DNA from: Saprospirales bacterium
Lineage (GTDB): Bacteria > Bacteroidota > Bacteroidia > Chitinophagales > CAMDFR01
Direction: 5' to 3'
Assembly (NCBI GenBank): GCA_947464015.1
Contig: CANHVE010000001.1
Location: 1 to 51,810, forward strand
DNA length: 51,810 nucleotides
Position 1 is the stretch's first letter, and every line of letters begins with the position of its first letter. Shown here in pieces: positions 20,791-30,536 of this stretch. The notes beneath the pieces were generated by a model that was not told where the DNA came from, ran no database searches, and saw nothing but the letters and a program-made list of their open reading frames with translations. Position numbers and translations under genes: made by a program.

Positions 20791-22233
20791 CTAATACTTT
20801 ATGCAAACATTTTTTGCTTCTGTAAAGAATCGAAGTGCTTCCCAACCGCCTTCTCTGCCTACTCCACTTGATTTTACACCTCCAAATGGAGTGCGTAAAT
20901 CACGTAATAACCAACAGTTTACCCATACAATTCCACTTTCTAATTTTTCAGCTACTCTATGTGCCCGCTGTAGATCTTTCGTCCAAACAGTTGCCGCTAA
21001 TCCATATTCTGTACTATTGGCCATAGTCAATACTTCTTCTTCTGTTTCAAATGGAGTAATCGTAACTACTGGTCCAAAAATTTCTTCTTGATTAGCTCGA
21101 CATAAATAGCCTACATTTTCAATGATAGTAGGCTCAATAAAATAACCCTCTTTACATCTCTTTGAACTTGGTATAAATTTATTGCCTCCACACAAAATCT
21201 TTCCTCCTTCTTCTTGTGCTATTTGTATATAAGATAATATTTTTGCTTGATGCTCTTTACTTACAACAGCTCCCACATTCACTTCTTGTAAAGGATCTCC
21301 AATGGCTAATTTTTTAACTTCTGCTACAAAAGCATCTTTAAATTTTTCATAAATATTTTTTTGGATAAATATTCTAGAACCACATAAACAAATCTGACCT
21401 TGATTAGCAAACGAACTATGCACAGTAGTCTTTAGCATGTTTTCAAAATCGCAATCATCAAAAATTATATTTGGATTTTTTCCACCTAATTCTAAAGATA
21501 ATTTCTTAAACATTGGCGCAGCTGTGCGTGCCAGATGTTTTCCAGTACTAGTACCACCTGTAAATGAGATGGCTTTAATTTTTGGATGTGCCACTATACT
21601 TTGTCCAATTTGCGCGCCTCTACCATGAACAATATTTAATACTCCAGAAGGTAATCCAGCTTCTATACATATTTCAGAAAGTAAATAGGCCGTCATAGGA
21701 GTTATTTCACTAGGTTTTGCAATTACACAATTACCACTCGCTAAGGCTGGTGCTATTTTCCAAGTGAATAAGTATAAAGGTAAGTTCCAAGGTGAAATAC
21801 AGCCTACAATGCCAATGGGTCTGCGCAATGTATAGTTGATAGCAGTCTGTTCCATAAAATGGCTTTCAGAAGCAAAATGCTCTATAGCCGTTGCGAAAAA
21901 ATGAAAATTATCTACCGCCCTAGGGATATCTACAGAACTTGCCAGTTTTAATGGCTTTCCATTATCTATACTCTCCGCTAAAGCTAATTCAGGTAATTTT
22001 TGTTCAATCAACTCCGAAATTTTTCTTAAATGTTTGGATCGTTTTAAGGCACTTAAATTACTCCAAATGGGGAAAGCTTTCTCAGCAGCTTCTATCGCCA
22101 TTTGTAAATCTTGCTCGTCGCTATCGGGTATTTGAGCATATACTTGTCCACTAGCAGGCTCATAACCATCCATATACATCTTGTTCTGTGGAGCTTGTAA
22201 TTTCCCTCCAATATAATTTTGTATTACTTTCAT
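20791..22233 (-). CDS. Aldehyde dehydrogenase, 2-aminomuconate/2-hydroxymuconate semialdehyde dehydrogenase (ALDH8-like)
   Basis: ISPWNLPLYLFTWKIAPALA, LELGGKNP, NQGQICLCGSR, WLLRDLRTPFGG. Confidence 0.88.
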   Translation of the reverse strand: MKVIQNYIGGKLQAPQNKMYMDGYEPASGQVYAQIPDSDEQDLQMAIEAAEKAFPIWSNLSALKRSKHLRKISELIEQKLPELALAESIDNGKPLKLASSVDIPRAVDNFHFFATAIEHFASESHFMEQTAINYTLRRPIGIVGCISPWNLPLYLFTWKIAPALASGNCVIAKPSEITPMTAYLLSEICIEAGLPSGVLNIVHGRGAQIGQSIVAHPKIKAISFTGGTSTGKHLARTAAPMFKKLSLELGGKNPNIIFDDCDFENMLKTTVHSSFANQGQICLCGSRIFIQKNIYEKFKDAFVAEVKKLAIGDPLQEVNVGAVVSKEHQAKILSYIQIAQEEGGKILCGGNKFIPSSKRCKEGYFIEPTIIENVGYLCRANQEEIFGPVVTITPFETEEEVLTMANSTEYGLAATVWTKDLQRAHRVAEKLESGIVWVNCWLLRDLRTPFGGVKSSGVGREGGWEALRFFTEAKNVCIKY

Positions 22234-22367
22234 CGTAATGTAAAACTATAAAACTAATTTGTATTTAACCCATTCAAATTATTAGAAATAAGCCTAAAAA
22301 GCTTGATTTTTTATCGTTAACAAAACTTAATTCTTTGATATATAGTAAAAAATGTCACTAGATTTTC

Positions 22368-22375
22368 TATTTTTG
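22368..22375 (+). promoter_or_regulatory. Housekeeping -7 box for the uppS-bamA operon
   Basis: TATTTTTG followed by C, about 30 nt upstream of ATG. Confidence 0.6.
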
Positions 22376-22403
22376 CCAAGCATTTTTTCATATTTAACAC
22401 TAT

Positions 22404-23159
22404 ATGACTTTAAAAGATAAAATCGATCTTGATAAATTACCTAATCACATCGCCATTATTATGGATGGAAATGGTAGATGGGCAAAAGAGAAAGGTAAAA
22501 ATAGAATTTTCGGTCATAGCAATGGTGTGCAGAGTGTACGTGAGGTTTCTGAAGCATGTGCAGAGCTTGGTGTTAAATGCCTTACTTTATATGCCTTTTC
22601 TACAGAGAATTGGAATCGACCAAAACTAGAAGTTACAGCATTAATGGAATTATTAGTACAAACCATACGAAAGGAAACTAAAACATTAATGAAAAACGAT
22701 ATCCGTCTAAAAGCAATAGGGAATCTATCTTCATTGCCTCCTCGATGTTATAATGAATTAATGGAGAGTATTGAAATTACCAAGGATAACAAACGACTAG
22801 ATTTAGTACTTGCACTTAGCTATAGTGGTAGAGATGAACTACTTCAAGCATGTAAAAAAATAGCTACAGAGGTTCAAAATGGACAATTAAAGACAGAAGA
22901 AATTACAGAAGATTTAATACAAAAAAATTTATATACGCATGATATCCCAGATCCTGAATTATTAATCAGAACAAGTGGCGAACATCGTGTAAGTAATTTT
23001 TTATTATGGCAAATCGCTTATGCAGAATTTTATTTTACAGAAAAATATTGGCCAGAATTCAGAAAAGAAGATCTGTATGAATCGATTATCAATTTTCAAA
23101 ATAGAGAAAGAAGATTTGGCAAAACCAGCGAACAGCTTTCAGTAGGTCCCTCAAAATAA
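22404..23159 (+). CDS. uppS: Undecaprenyl diphosphate synthase
   Basis: HIAIIMDGNGRWA, YAFSTENWNRP, LIRTSGEHRVSNFLLWQ. Confidence 0.97.
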   Translation: MTLKDKIDLDKLPNHIAIIMDGNGRWAKEKGKNRIFGHSNGVQSVREVSEACAELGVKCLTLYAFSTENWNRPKLEVTALMELLVQTIRKETKTLMKNDIRLKAIGNLSSLPPRCYNELMESIEITKDNKRLDLVLALSYSGRDELLQACKKIATEVQNGQLKTEEITEDLIQKNLYTHDIPDPELLIRTSGEHRVSNFLLWQIAYAEFYFTEKYWPEFRKEDLYESIINFQNRERRFGKTSEQLSVGPSK

Positions 23160-23162
23160 ATT

Positions 23163-25808
23163 ATGAAATACATCCAAAATAAATATGTTTTATTGCTATG
23201 GGCTATTTGTTGCCTTCAGGTAACTCAATTGTATTCTCAAGAAGAATCTTCTATCATGGATTATTCATCTCCTCGTGAATATGAAATTGGAACTATTGAT
23301 GTACAAGGAACACAGTATTTAGATAAAAATGTATTGAAATCAATTTCAGGTTTAAGACCTGGTATGAAAGTAAATATCCCAGGGGAAGATATCTCTGCCG
23401 CTATTAAAAATCTATGGGACCAAAAATTATTTGCTAAAGTTGATATTATATTAGATAGAACAGTTGGAAATACAGCTTTTCTAATCATCAAATTAGAAGA
23501 ACGTCCACGTTTATCTCGTTATGTATTTAAAGGAATAAAAGGTACAGATGTGGATGAATTACGTAAAAAATTAAATTTAACATCTGGCCAAATCATTACA
23601 GAAAATCTAAAATTTATCTCTTCCAAAATTGTAAAAGATTACTTTAATGATAAAGGATTTCTAGCAGCTAAAGTTAATTTAGAAGAAGAAACAGATAGCA
23701 CTTTTAGAGTAAACAGCCGTAAGATTGTTATATATGTAGATAAAGGTCAAAAAGTAAAAATAAATGCAATCAATTTTTATGGTGTTGAAAATGTAAGCCA
23801 AAGTAAATTGATGCGTCAAATGAAAGAAACTCGCGAAAAACTTAAATTTGATGTAGGCGAAATGTTAAAAGCAAAAGCCAATCGTAAAGATCCACGTAAA
23901 TGGAATTTTGCTCGTATGTTGGCGAATATTTCACCAACTTATATTTATGAATATATAGATCGTTTTGCTAATTTAAATTTTTTAAAGACTTCTAAATTTG
24001 ATAAAAATAACTATGAGAAAGATAAAGAAAAACTCATAGCAATGTATAATAATTTAGGATATAGAGACGCACGTATTGAAAAGGATAGTGTCTATATGAA
24101 AGATGAATCGAATATGAATATAGATATTTATATCGTAGAAGGAAGTCAGTATTATATTCGAAATATCTTTTGGAGAGGCAATCAAAAATATAATGACTCA
24201 ACCCTCAACTATACATTAAATATCAAAAAAGGTACTATTTATAACCAATCATTATTAGATGAGAAATTACAAATGAGTCAATCAGGTAATGATGTAAGCT
24301 CACTCTATATGGATGATGGTTATTTATTCTTTCAAGTAACACCAACCGAAATAAATATCGAGAACGATTCAGTTGATTTAGAGATGCGTATGTTTGAAGG
24401 GGCTCAAGCAACTATTAATCAAATTCGAATCAGTGGGAATACTAAAACAAACGAACATGTTATCAGAAGAGAGTTACGTATCATTCCAGGAGATAAATTT
24501 AGCAGAGCAGATTTGATAAGATCACAAAGAGAAATTTCTCAATTAGGATACTTTGATCCAGAACAAATAGAAATCGTTCCAATTCCTAATCCTGAAAATG
24601 GTACCGTAGATATAGAGTTTAAAGTAGTTGAAAAACCAAGTGATCAACTAGAGCTAAGTGCAGGTTGGGGAGGTAGAGGCAATGGTATTGTGGGTACTGC
24701 AGGGGTATCTTTCACTAATTTTTCAATTAAAAATATATTTAAAAAAGATGCTTGGGCTCCACTTCCAACTGGTGATGGACAAAAATTATCACTTCGTGTG
24801 CAATCGAATGGTAAATTATATCAATCCTATAATTTCTCCTTTACTGAACCATGGTTAGGAGGTAAAAAACCAAACTCATTATCATTATCTTTCTCAAGAA
24901 CTCACTATAATAATATAGATGCAACTACTAGAAAGATAGATGGTTGGATTCGTACTACTAGCGCCACTTTAGCTTATGGTACTCGATTAAAATGGCCAGA
25001 TGATTATTTTACTTTCTTGCCTTCTATTAACTATCAATTATATGGATTAAAAAATTGGACAACTAATAGCTTCTTATTTGCAAATGGCTATTCGCATAAT
25101 TTAAATATCAATTTATTATTATCGCGTAATTCAATTGATGCTCCTATTTATCCTAGACGTGGGGCTAATATTGAAGCATCTGTACAATTTACTTTGCCAT
25201 ATTCATATATGTTTAATGCACGTAAACTAGATTATGAAAATCCTGATTTGCCAGCGAGTGATCGATACAAATGGTTAGAGTATCATAAATGGAAGTTGAA
25301 AGTAGATTGGTATGCACCACTGTCTAAAAACCAAAAATTAGTTTTTAGAGCTACAGCCAAACTAGGATTTATGTTTACTTATAACAATAAATTAGGACTT
25401 ACGCCATTTGAAAGATTCCAAGTAGGTGGAGACGGTATTTCATCTTTCCGTTTAACACCTGTAGATATTATATCTCTTAGAGGTTATGATGTATTCACTG
25501 GGGATAATGGGGCTCCAATTTATAATAAATTTAGTATGGAGTTAAGATATCCATTCTCCTTAAATCCATCTGCAACTATATTTGCATTAATATTTGCAGA
25601 AGGTGGTAATGCTTATAGTGATATTAAGAAGTACAATCCCCTAAATCTTAAGCGTTCAGTAGGTGCTGGTGTGCGAGTATTTCTTCCAATGTTTGGGCTA
25701 TTAGGCTTTGATTATGGCATAGGCTTTGATAATACACCGAATACTGGTACAAATATCTTTAGTAAATATGGACGATTTAGAGTAATATTAGGTTTTGAGC
25801 CAGAATAA
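23163..25808 (+). CDS. bamA: Outer membrane protein assembly factor BamA
   Basis: POTRA repeats (GNTKTNEHVIRREL), SFTEPWLGG, ISLRGY loop, beta-barrel C-terminus; uppS-bamA-skp synteny. Confidence 0.96.
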   Translation: MKYIQNKYVLLLWAICCLQVTQLYSQEESSIMDYSSPREYEIGTIDVQGTQYLDKNVLKSISGLRPGMKVNIPGEDISAAIKNLWDQKLFAKVDIILDRTVGNTAFLIIKLEERPRLSRYVFKGIKGTDVDELRKKLNLTSGQIITENLKFISSKIVKDYFNDKGFLAAKVNLEEETDSTFRVNSRKIVIYVDKGQKVKINAINFYGVENVSQSKLMRQMKETREKLKFDVGEMLKAKANRKDPRKWNFARMLANISPTYIYEYIDRFANLNFLKTSKFDKNNYEKDKEKLIAMYNNLGYRDARIEKDSVYMKDESNMNIDIYIVEGSQYYIRNIFWRGNQKYNDSTLNYTLNIKKGTIYNQSLLDEKLQMSQSGNDVSSLYMDDGYLFFQVTPTEINIENDSVDLEMRMFEGAQATINQIRISGNTKTNEHVIRRELRIIPGDKFSRADLIRSQREISQLGYFDPEQIEIVPIPNPENGTVDIEFKVVEKPSDQLELSAGWGGRGNGIVGTAGVSFTNFSIKNIFKKDAWAPLPTGDGQKLSLRVQSNGKLYQSYNFSFTEPWLGGKKPNSLSLSFSRTHYNNIDATTRKIDGWIRTTSATLAYGTRLKWPDDYFTFLPSINYQLYGLKNWTTNSFLFANGYSHNLNINLLLSRNSIDAPIYPRRGANIEASVQFTLPYSYMFNARKLDYENPDLPASDRYKWLEYHKWKLKVDWYAPLSKNQKLVFRATAKLGFMFTYNNKLGLTPFERFQVGGDGISSFRLTPVDIISLRGYDVFTGDNGAPIYNKFSMELRYPFSLNPSATIFALIFAEGGNAYSDIKKYNPLNLKRSVGAGVRVFLPMFGLLGFDYGIGFDNTPNTGTNIFSKYGRFRVILGFEPE

Positions 25809-25833
25809 TTTTAAAAGTATAAATTAAAACAAA

Positions 25834-26346
25834 ATGAAAAAATTATTAGTGTTAATTGCTTTCGCATTTGGTATCGGATTTCAATCAAATGCACAAAAAA
25901 TTGCTTATGTGGATATGGATTATATCTTAAAAGCTATGCCAGCATATCAAAGAGCACAAAAAAGTTTAGATGAATTCTCAGCAACTTGGCAAAAAGATAT
26001 AGAAACTAAAATGGCTGAGGTAAGTAAAATGTATAATACCTTTCAAAGTGAACAAGTTTTATTAACAGAGTCGTTGAAACAGCAAAGAATGGCAGCTATA
26101 GAAGCTAAAGAAAAGGAAATCAAACAATTGCAAAAAGATAAATTTGGTCCAAGTGGCGAATTATTCAAAAAAAGACAGGAATTAATCAAGCCAATCCAGG
26201 ATCAAGTGTATAACGAAATACAAAAATTAGCTACAGAAAAAAAATATGATTTTATCTTTGACAAAGCTAATGGTCCGTATATGTTATATGTAAATCCACT
26301 TTATGATAAAAGTGATGAGATATTACAAGGATTAGGCATAAAATAA
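25834..26346 (+). CDS. skp: OmpH/Skp family periplasmic chaperone
   Basis: Signal peptide, AQKIAYVDMDYIL, ELIKPIQD, YDFIFD. Confidence 0.93.
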   Translation: MKKLLVLIAFAFGIGFQSNAQKIAYVDMDYILKAMPAYQRAQKSLDEFSATWQKDIETKMAEVSKMYNTFQSEQVLLTESLKQQRMAAIEAKEKEIKQLQKDKFGPSGELFKKRQELIKPIQDQVYNEIQKLATEKKYDFIFDKANGPYMLYVNPLYDKSDEILQGLGIK

Positions 26347-26391
26347 ATATATATTACTTCAACCAATTATTATTAAACAAAAAAAAGAAAA

Positions 26392-26901
26392 ATGAACAAA
26401 TTAATTTTAGCTATCAGCATCTTTACCGCTGTTTTATTAACGTCTGAATTGAAAGCACAGAAATTTGGTTATGTGAATAGTCAAGAATTATTATTAGCTA
26501 TGCCAGAGACTAAAAAAATGGATACATTATTGTCTAAAAGATCTGATGAATATCAATTACAAATTCAAAAAATGTATCAAGAATATCAGTTAAAAACTGA
26601 TGATTATCAGAAAAAAGTGGCTTCAGGTAATATGTCTCCTTTAATCAAAGAAGCAACTGAGAAAGAATTATTATCTATGGAAAATAATATTAAAGAATTT
26701 CAACAAAAAGCAGAAGAAGAATTAGACAAATATCAGTCTCAATTAATAGCTCCAATTCAAGAAAAAGCATTGAATGCTATTAAAACTGTTGCTAAAACTG
26801 CAGGTTATACTTATATTTTTGATGATTCTAGTGGAGCATTATTATATAAACCAGATGGAGATAATGTTACTGCATTAGTAAAAAAACAATTAGGTATTTA
26901 A
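26392..26901 (+). CDS. skp: OmpH/Skp family periplasmic chaperone (second paralog)
   Basis: AQKFGYVNSQELLLAMPE, PIQEKA, GYTYIFD. Confidence 0.93.
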   Translation: MNKLILAISIFTAVLLTSELKAQKFGYVNSQELLLAMPETKKMDTLLSKRSDEYQLQIQKMYQEYQLKTDDYQKKVASGNMSPLIKEATEKELLSMENNIKEFQQKAEEELDKYQSQLIAPIQEKALNAIKTVAKTAGYTYIFDDSSGALLYKPDGDNVTALVKKQLGI

Positions 26902-26922
26902 TTAAACAAATAATTATTTGCT

Positions 26923-27747
26923 TTGAAACATCGAGCAAATCAAGCTATTGGAATTTTTGATTCTGGAATTGGCGGCCTTACGGTCGCCAATGCTATTTCA
27001 AAACATTTGCCTCAAGAAGAACTTATCTATTTTGGGGATACAGCGAATATGCCATACGGCGATAAATCAAAAGATTTAATTAAATCATACGCATTAGAAA
27101 TTACCAATTTCTTATTGAATGAAAAAAAATGCAAAGCAATCGTTATTGCATGTAATACAGCTTCTGCAGCAGCCTATGAATATTTAAGAGATGTAAACAA
27201 AGGAGCTACTCCTATAATTAATGTAATAGACCCAATTGTAGAAGCTGTAATTGCAGATGACACCATCCATAAAGTGGGACTGATAGCTACTAAAACTACG
27301 GTCGAATCAGGAATTTATCAAGAAAAAATAGCTAGAAGAAAACCTAGCTTATTGCAAGTAGCTTTGCCCACTCCTTTGTTAGCAAAAATGATTGAAGAAG
27401 GATTTTATAATGACCAGATTAGTCATGCAGTCATTGAAAAATATTTAAATGATGTGATACTAGATGGAATTGATGCATTAATATTAGGATGTACACATTA
27501 TGTTCTCATCAGAGATGAAATTAATCAACATTATAATAATCAAATAAAACTTTTTGACTCAACAGATATAGTGGCTCTTAAATTAAAAGGTATTCTTGAA
27601 AATGAAGGTTTATTAAATACTAAACGAAAGAATGAAAATGTATTTTATATCTCAGATATGACTGAGAACTTTAGAGAAAGTGCCAAAATGTTTTATGGAG
27701 AAAAAATTAATTTAGAATTGTATAAAATTTGGAATAAAATCAACTAG
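26923..27747 (+). CDS. murI: Glutamate racemase
   Basis: IGIFDSGIGGLTV, ACNTAS, LGCTHY. Confidence 0.97.
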   Translation: MKHRANQAIGIFDSGIGGLTVANAISKHLPQEELIYFGDTANMPYGDKSKDLIKSYALEITNFLLNEKKCKAIVIACNTASAAAYEYLRDVNKGATPIINVIDPIVEAVIADDTIHKVGLIATKTTVESGIYQEKIARRKPSLLQVALPTPLLAKMIEEGFYNDQISHAVIEKYLNDVILDGIDALILGCTHYVLIRDEINQHYNNQIKLFDSTDIVALKLKGILENEGLLNTKRKNENVFYISDMTENFRESAKMFYGEKINLELYKIWNKIN

Positions 27748-27749
27748 TT

Positions 27750-28937
27750 ATGAAAAAATTAATCTTATACTTAATCATAACAAATGCAAGTATATATAGC
27801 TATTCACAAGGAATTGTTTTTGAACATGGAACCTTTCAGGAGGCATTAAATAAAGCGAAAGCTGAAAATAAATTACTTTTCATGGATTGCTATACTAATT
27901 GGTGTGGGCCTTGTAAAATGCTTCAAAATAACACTTTCCCTAATGAAGAAGTAGGCACTTTTTTTAATGATAATTTCATTTGTTATAAAATGGAATGTGA
28001 GCATGATGAAGGTCCAACTATTTGCAATAGATTCGCAATTAGTGCCTATCCGACTCTATTATTTATAGATGGCGATGGAAAAGTGGTACAAAAATCTATG
28101 GGATATAGACCCTCAGAAAGTTTAATATCGGAAGGAAAAAGAGCACTAGGTGGAAGCACTGCACTATTAGGTGAATATAAAACCAAATATCAAAATGGAG
28201 ATAAATCAGAGGCTATATTGAAAGGACTAGTACTCAATTTAGCTAAAAATGGGGAGTCGTTTGATATCTATTGGAAAGAATATTTGGCTACTCAAAAAAT
28301 TGAAAATTTGTTGAGTGATGAGAATGCCAAAATGATTTTTGAATTAACTAATTCCATCAATTCTCCTTCGATTAGCTATTTCAAAGAATTTAAAGACTAC
28401 TTTATTGAAAAATATGGAGCAGAAAGTTATGAACGTAAACAAGAAAGTATTGTTTCTAAGTCGGTAAAAGAAGCGGTTTTGAAAAACGATAAAACCCTAT
28501 TTAATAATGCCATCATGCTGCTTCAATCAAATAAAATGAGTAGAGGTGCAGAAATTATACAAAAGCAAAGTATGGTTTTCTATAGCGGTGTGAATGATAT
28601 GGTGAATTATGATAAGGTTGCTATGGCTTTTTTAAAGAAAAATAAACTTGTAGCACCTCCTGTTTTCAGCGATATTATGGATAAATATATTCATAATATT
28701 GAAAATTCATCACTATTGAATAAAGCAGTTGCAATTTGTAAAAAGAGTATATCAAATGAGAATAAATATTATAACAACTTAATATTGGCTAGCTTACTCT
28801 ATAAAATGAATAATAAAACGGATGCTTATGCTATTGGACAGTATGCTATTGAACTAGGTAAAATAGAAGGTGTAAATTATTGGCCAGCTCAAGAATTAGT
28901 AAATAAAATTCAAATAGAAAGAGGAGCCAAAAAATAA
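27750..28937 (+). CDS. Exported thioredoxin-family protein with helical C-terminal region
   Basis: Signal peptide; LLFMDCYTNWCGPCK; YPTLLFID. Confidence 0.85.
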   Translation: MKKLILYLIITNASIYSYSQGIVFEHGTFQEALNKAKAENKLLFMDCYTNWCGPCKMLQNNTFPNEEVGTFFNDNFICYKMECEHDEGPTICNRFAISAYPTLLFIDGDGKVVQKSMGYRPSESLISEGKRALGGSTALLGEYKTKYQNGDKSEAILKGLVLNLAKNGESFDIYWKEYLATQKIENLLSDENAKMIFELTNSINSPSISYFKEFKDYFIEKYGAESYERKQESIVSKSVKEAVLKNDKTLFNNAIMLLQSNKMSRGAEIIQKQSMVFYSGVNDMVNYDKVAMAFLKKNKLVAPPVFSDIMDKYIHNIENSSLLNKAVAICKKSISNENKYYNNLILASLLYKMNNKTDAYAIGQYAIELGKIEGVNYWPAQELVNKIQIERGAKK

Positions 28938-29264
28938 CTATATAGAGAAACTTTCTCCACAGGCACAGGTTCTTGAAGCATTCGGATTTTCAAAATAAAA
29001 GCCTTTGCCATTTAGTCCCTCTGAGAAATCAAGAGTAGTGTTAACTACATATAAAAAACTTCGTAAATCAGTGACTAATTTCACGCCCTTATCTTCAAAA
29101 ATTTGATCATCAGCTTCTAGTTGATTGTCGAATTTTAAATCATAACTTAATCCGGAACAACCACCACCCTTCACAGAAACTCTTACAAAATAATCTGCAC
29201 TATAATTATTTTCTTTATAAATATTTTCAATACGTGATTTGGCAATGTCTGATACAAAAAGCAT
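28938..29264 (-). CDS. iscA: HesB/IscA family Fe-S cluster assembly accessory protein
   Basis: GGGCSGLSY, NPNASRTCACGESF; start moved to ATG at 29264 because the longer ORF runs into the promoter. Confidence 0.93.
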   Translation of the reverse strand: MLFVSDIAKSRIENIYKENNYSADYFVRVSVKGGGCSGLSYDLKFDNQLEADDQIFEDKGVKLVTDLRSFLYVVNTTLDFSEGLNGKGFYFENPNASRTCACGESFSI

Positions 29265-29307
29265 GTTGAATAGTATTATCTTTGATTTATTAATCGATAC
29301 AAATTTA

Positions 29308-29333
29308 AACAACTTAAGTCTAAATTAAGTTCA
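29308..29333 (-). promoter_or_regulatory. ECF-type promoter candidate TGAAC-N16-TTGTT for iscA
   Basis: Identical boxes and spacing to the sod upstream motif; a TAAATTTG -7 box lies just downstream (29300-29307). Confidence 0.55.
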
Positions 29334-29346
29334 TAAATCTATATTC

Positions 29347-29748
29347 ATGAATAAAATAGAACATATTGGAATTGCAGTAGCTAATTTAGCAGAAGCTGAA
29401 GCAAGATATGAAATGTTGCTCAATACCAAAGCTTATAAGAGAGAAGAGGTATTAAGTGAAAATGTAATCACTTCCTTTTTAATGATAGGGGAAACCAAAA
29501 TCGAATTGATTGCAGCTACTTCGCCCGAAAGTACTATTGCTAAATATATTGAAAAAAAAGGTGAAGGAATGCATCATATAGCCTATGCCGTTGAGGATAT
29601 TCATCAAGAGGTAAAACGTATGATAGAGCAAGGATTTCAACCTATATCAAAAGAACCTAAAAAAGGAGCTGATAATAAATGGGTATACTTTTTTCATCCC
29701 AAAAGTGCCAATGGTGTATTAGTTGAATTATGCCAGGAAATAGCATAA
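29347..29748 (+). CDS. mce: Methylmalonyl-CoA epimerase
   Basis: IEHIGIAV, KGEGMHHIAY, FFHPKSANGVLVELCQ. Confidence 0.94.
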   Translation: MNKIEHIGIAVANLAEAEARYEMLLNTKAYKREEVLSENVITSFLMIGETKIELIAATSPESTIAKYIEKKGEGMHHIAYAVEDIHQEVKRMIEQGFQPISKEPKKGADNKWVYFFHPKSANGVLVELCQEIA

Positions 29749-29793
29749 AGCAACAATATTTTACTTTTTTAATTTGAAACGTAATACAACAAT

Positions 29794-30489
29794 TTGAAAT
29801 CATACAAACATATTTTTTTTGACTTAGACCACACCTTATGGGATTTTGATACGAACTCTAGAAATACTTTAGAAGAACTTTACCATCATTTTGAATTACT
29901 TGAGAGTGGGGTAGAGGATTTAGAAGAGTTTATTAAAAAGTATAAAATCATTAATGATAGATATTGGAAATATTATAGACAACAAAAAGTGACCAAAGAG
30001 CAATTGCGTGTAGGAAGATTTAGAGATGCATTATTGTTATTTGGCATTGAAAATAGTCAATTAGCTGCTGAAATTGATGAATTTTATGTGAGTCGAAATC
30101 CCTATCACAAAGTATTGATGCCGCATACCTTTGATATTTTAGATTATTTACACGAAAAAGGCTATCAGATGCATATCATCTCTAATGGTTTTAAAGAGAT
30201 ACAACATATTAAAATCAAGAATTCGGGTTTGGATAAGTATGTTCATTCAATCATATTGTCAGAATCAATTGGATATCAAAAACCACATGCAAAAATCTTT
30301 GAATATGCCTTAAAAGATAGTGGGGCTAAGGTAGAGGAGAGTATTATGGTTGGGGATAATTATGAGGCTGATATTGAAGGAGCTATTAAATATGGAATGG
30401 ACGCTATTTTTTATAATCAAGAGAATCAAACCGTGAGTGATAAAATATGTTGTATAACTAGTTTAATAGAGTTGAAAAAATACTTGTAA
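29794..30489 (+). CDS. YjjG family noncanonical pyrimidine nucleotidase (HAD)
   Basis: FFDLDHTLWDF, ISNGF, KPHAKIF, MVGDNYEADIEGA. Confidence 0.92.
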   Translation: MKSYKHIFFDLDHTLWDFDTNSRNTLEELYHHFELLESGVEDLEEFIKKYKIINDRYWKYYRQQKVTKEQLRVGRFRDALLLFGIENSQLAAEIDEFYVSRNPYHKVLMPHTFDILDYLHEKGYQMHIISNGFKEIQHIKIKNSGLDKYVHSIILSESIGYQKPHAKIFEYALKDSGAKVEESIMVGDNYEADIEGAIKYGMDAIFYNQENQTVSDKICCITSLIELKKYL

Positions 30490-30536
30490 AATACTATCAT
30501 ATGAGTAGTAATATATAGATATTTGCATTTGAAATT

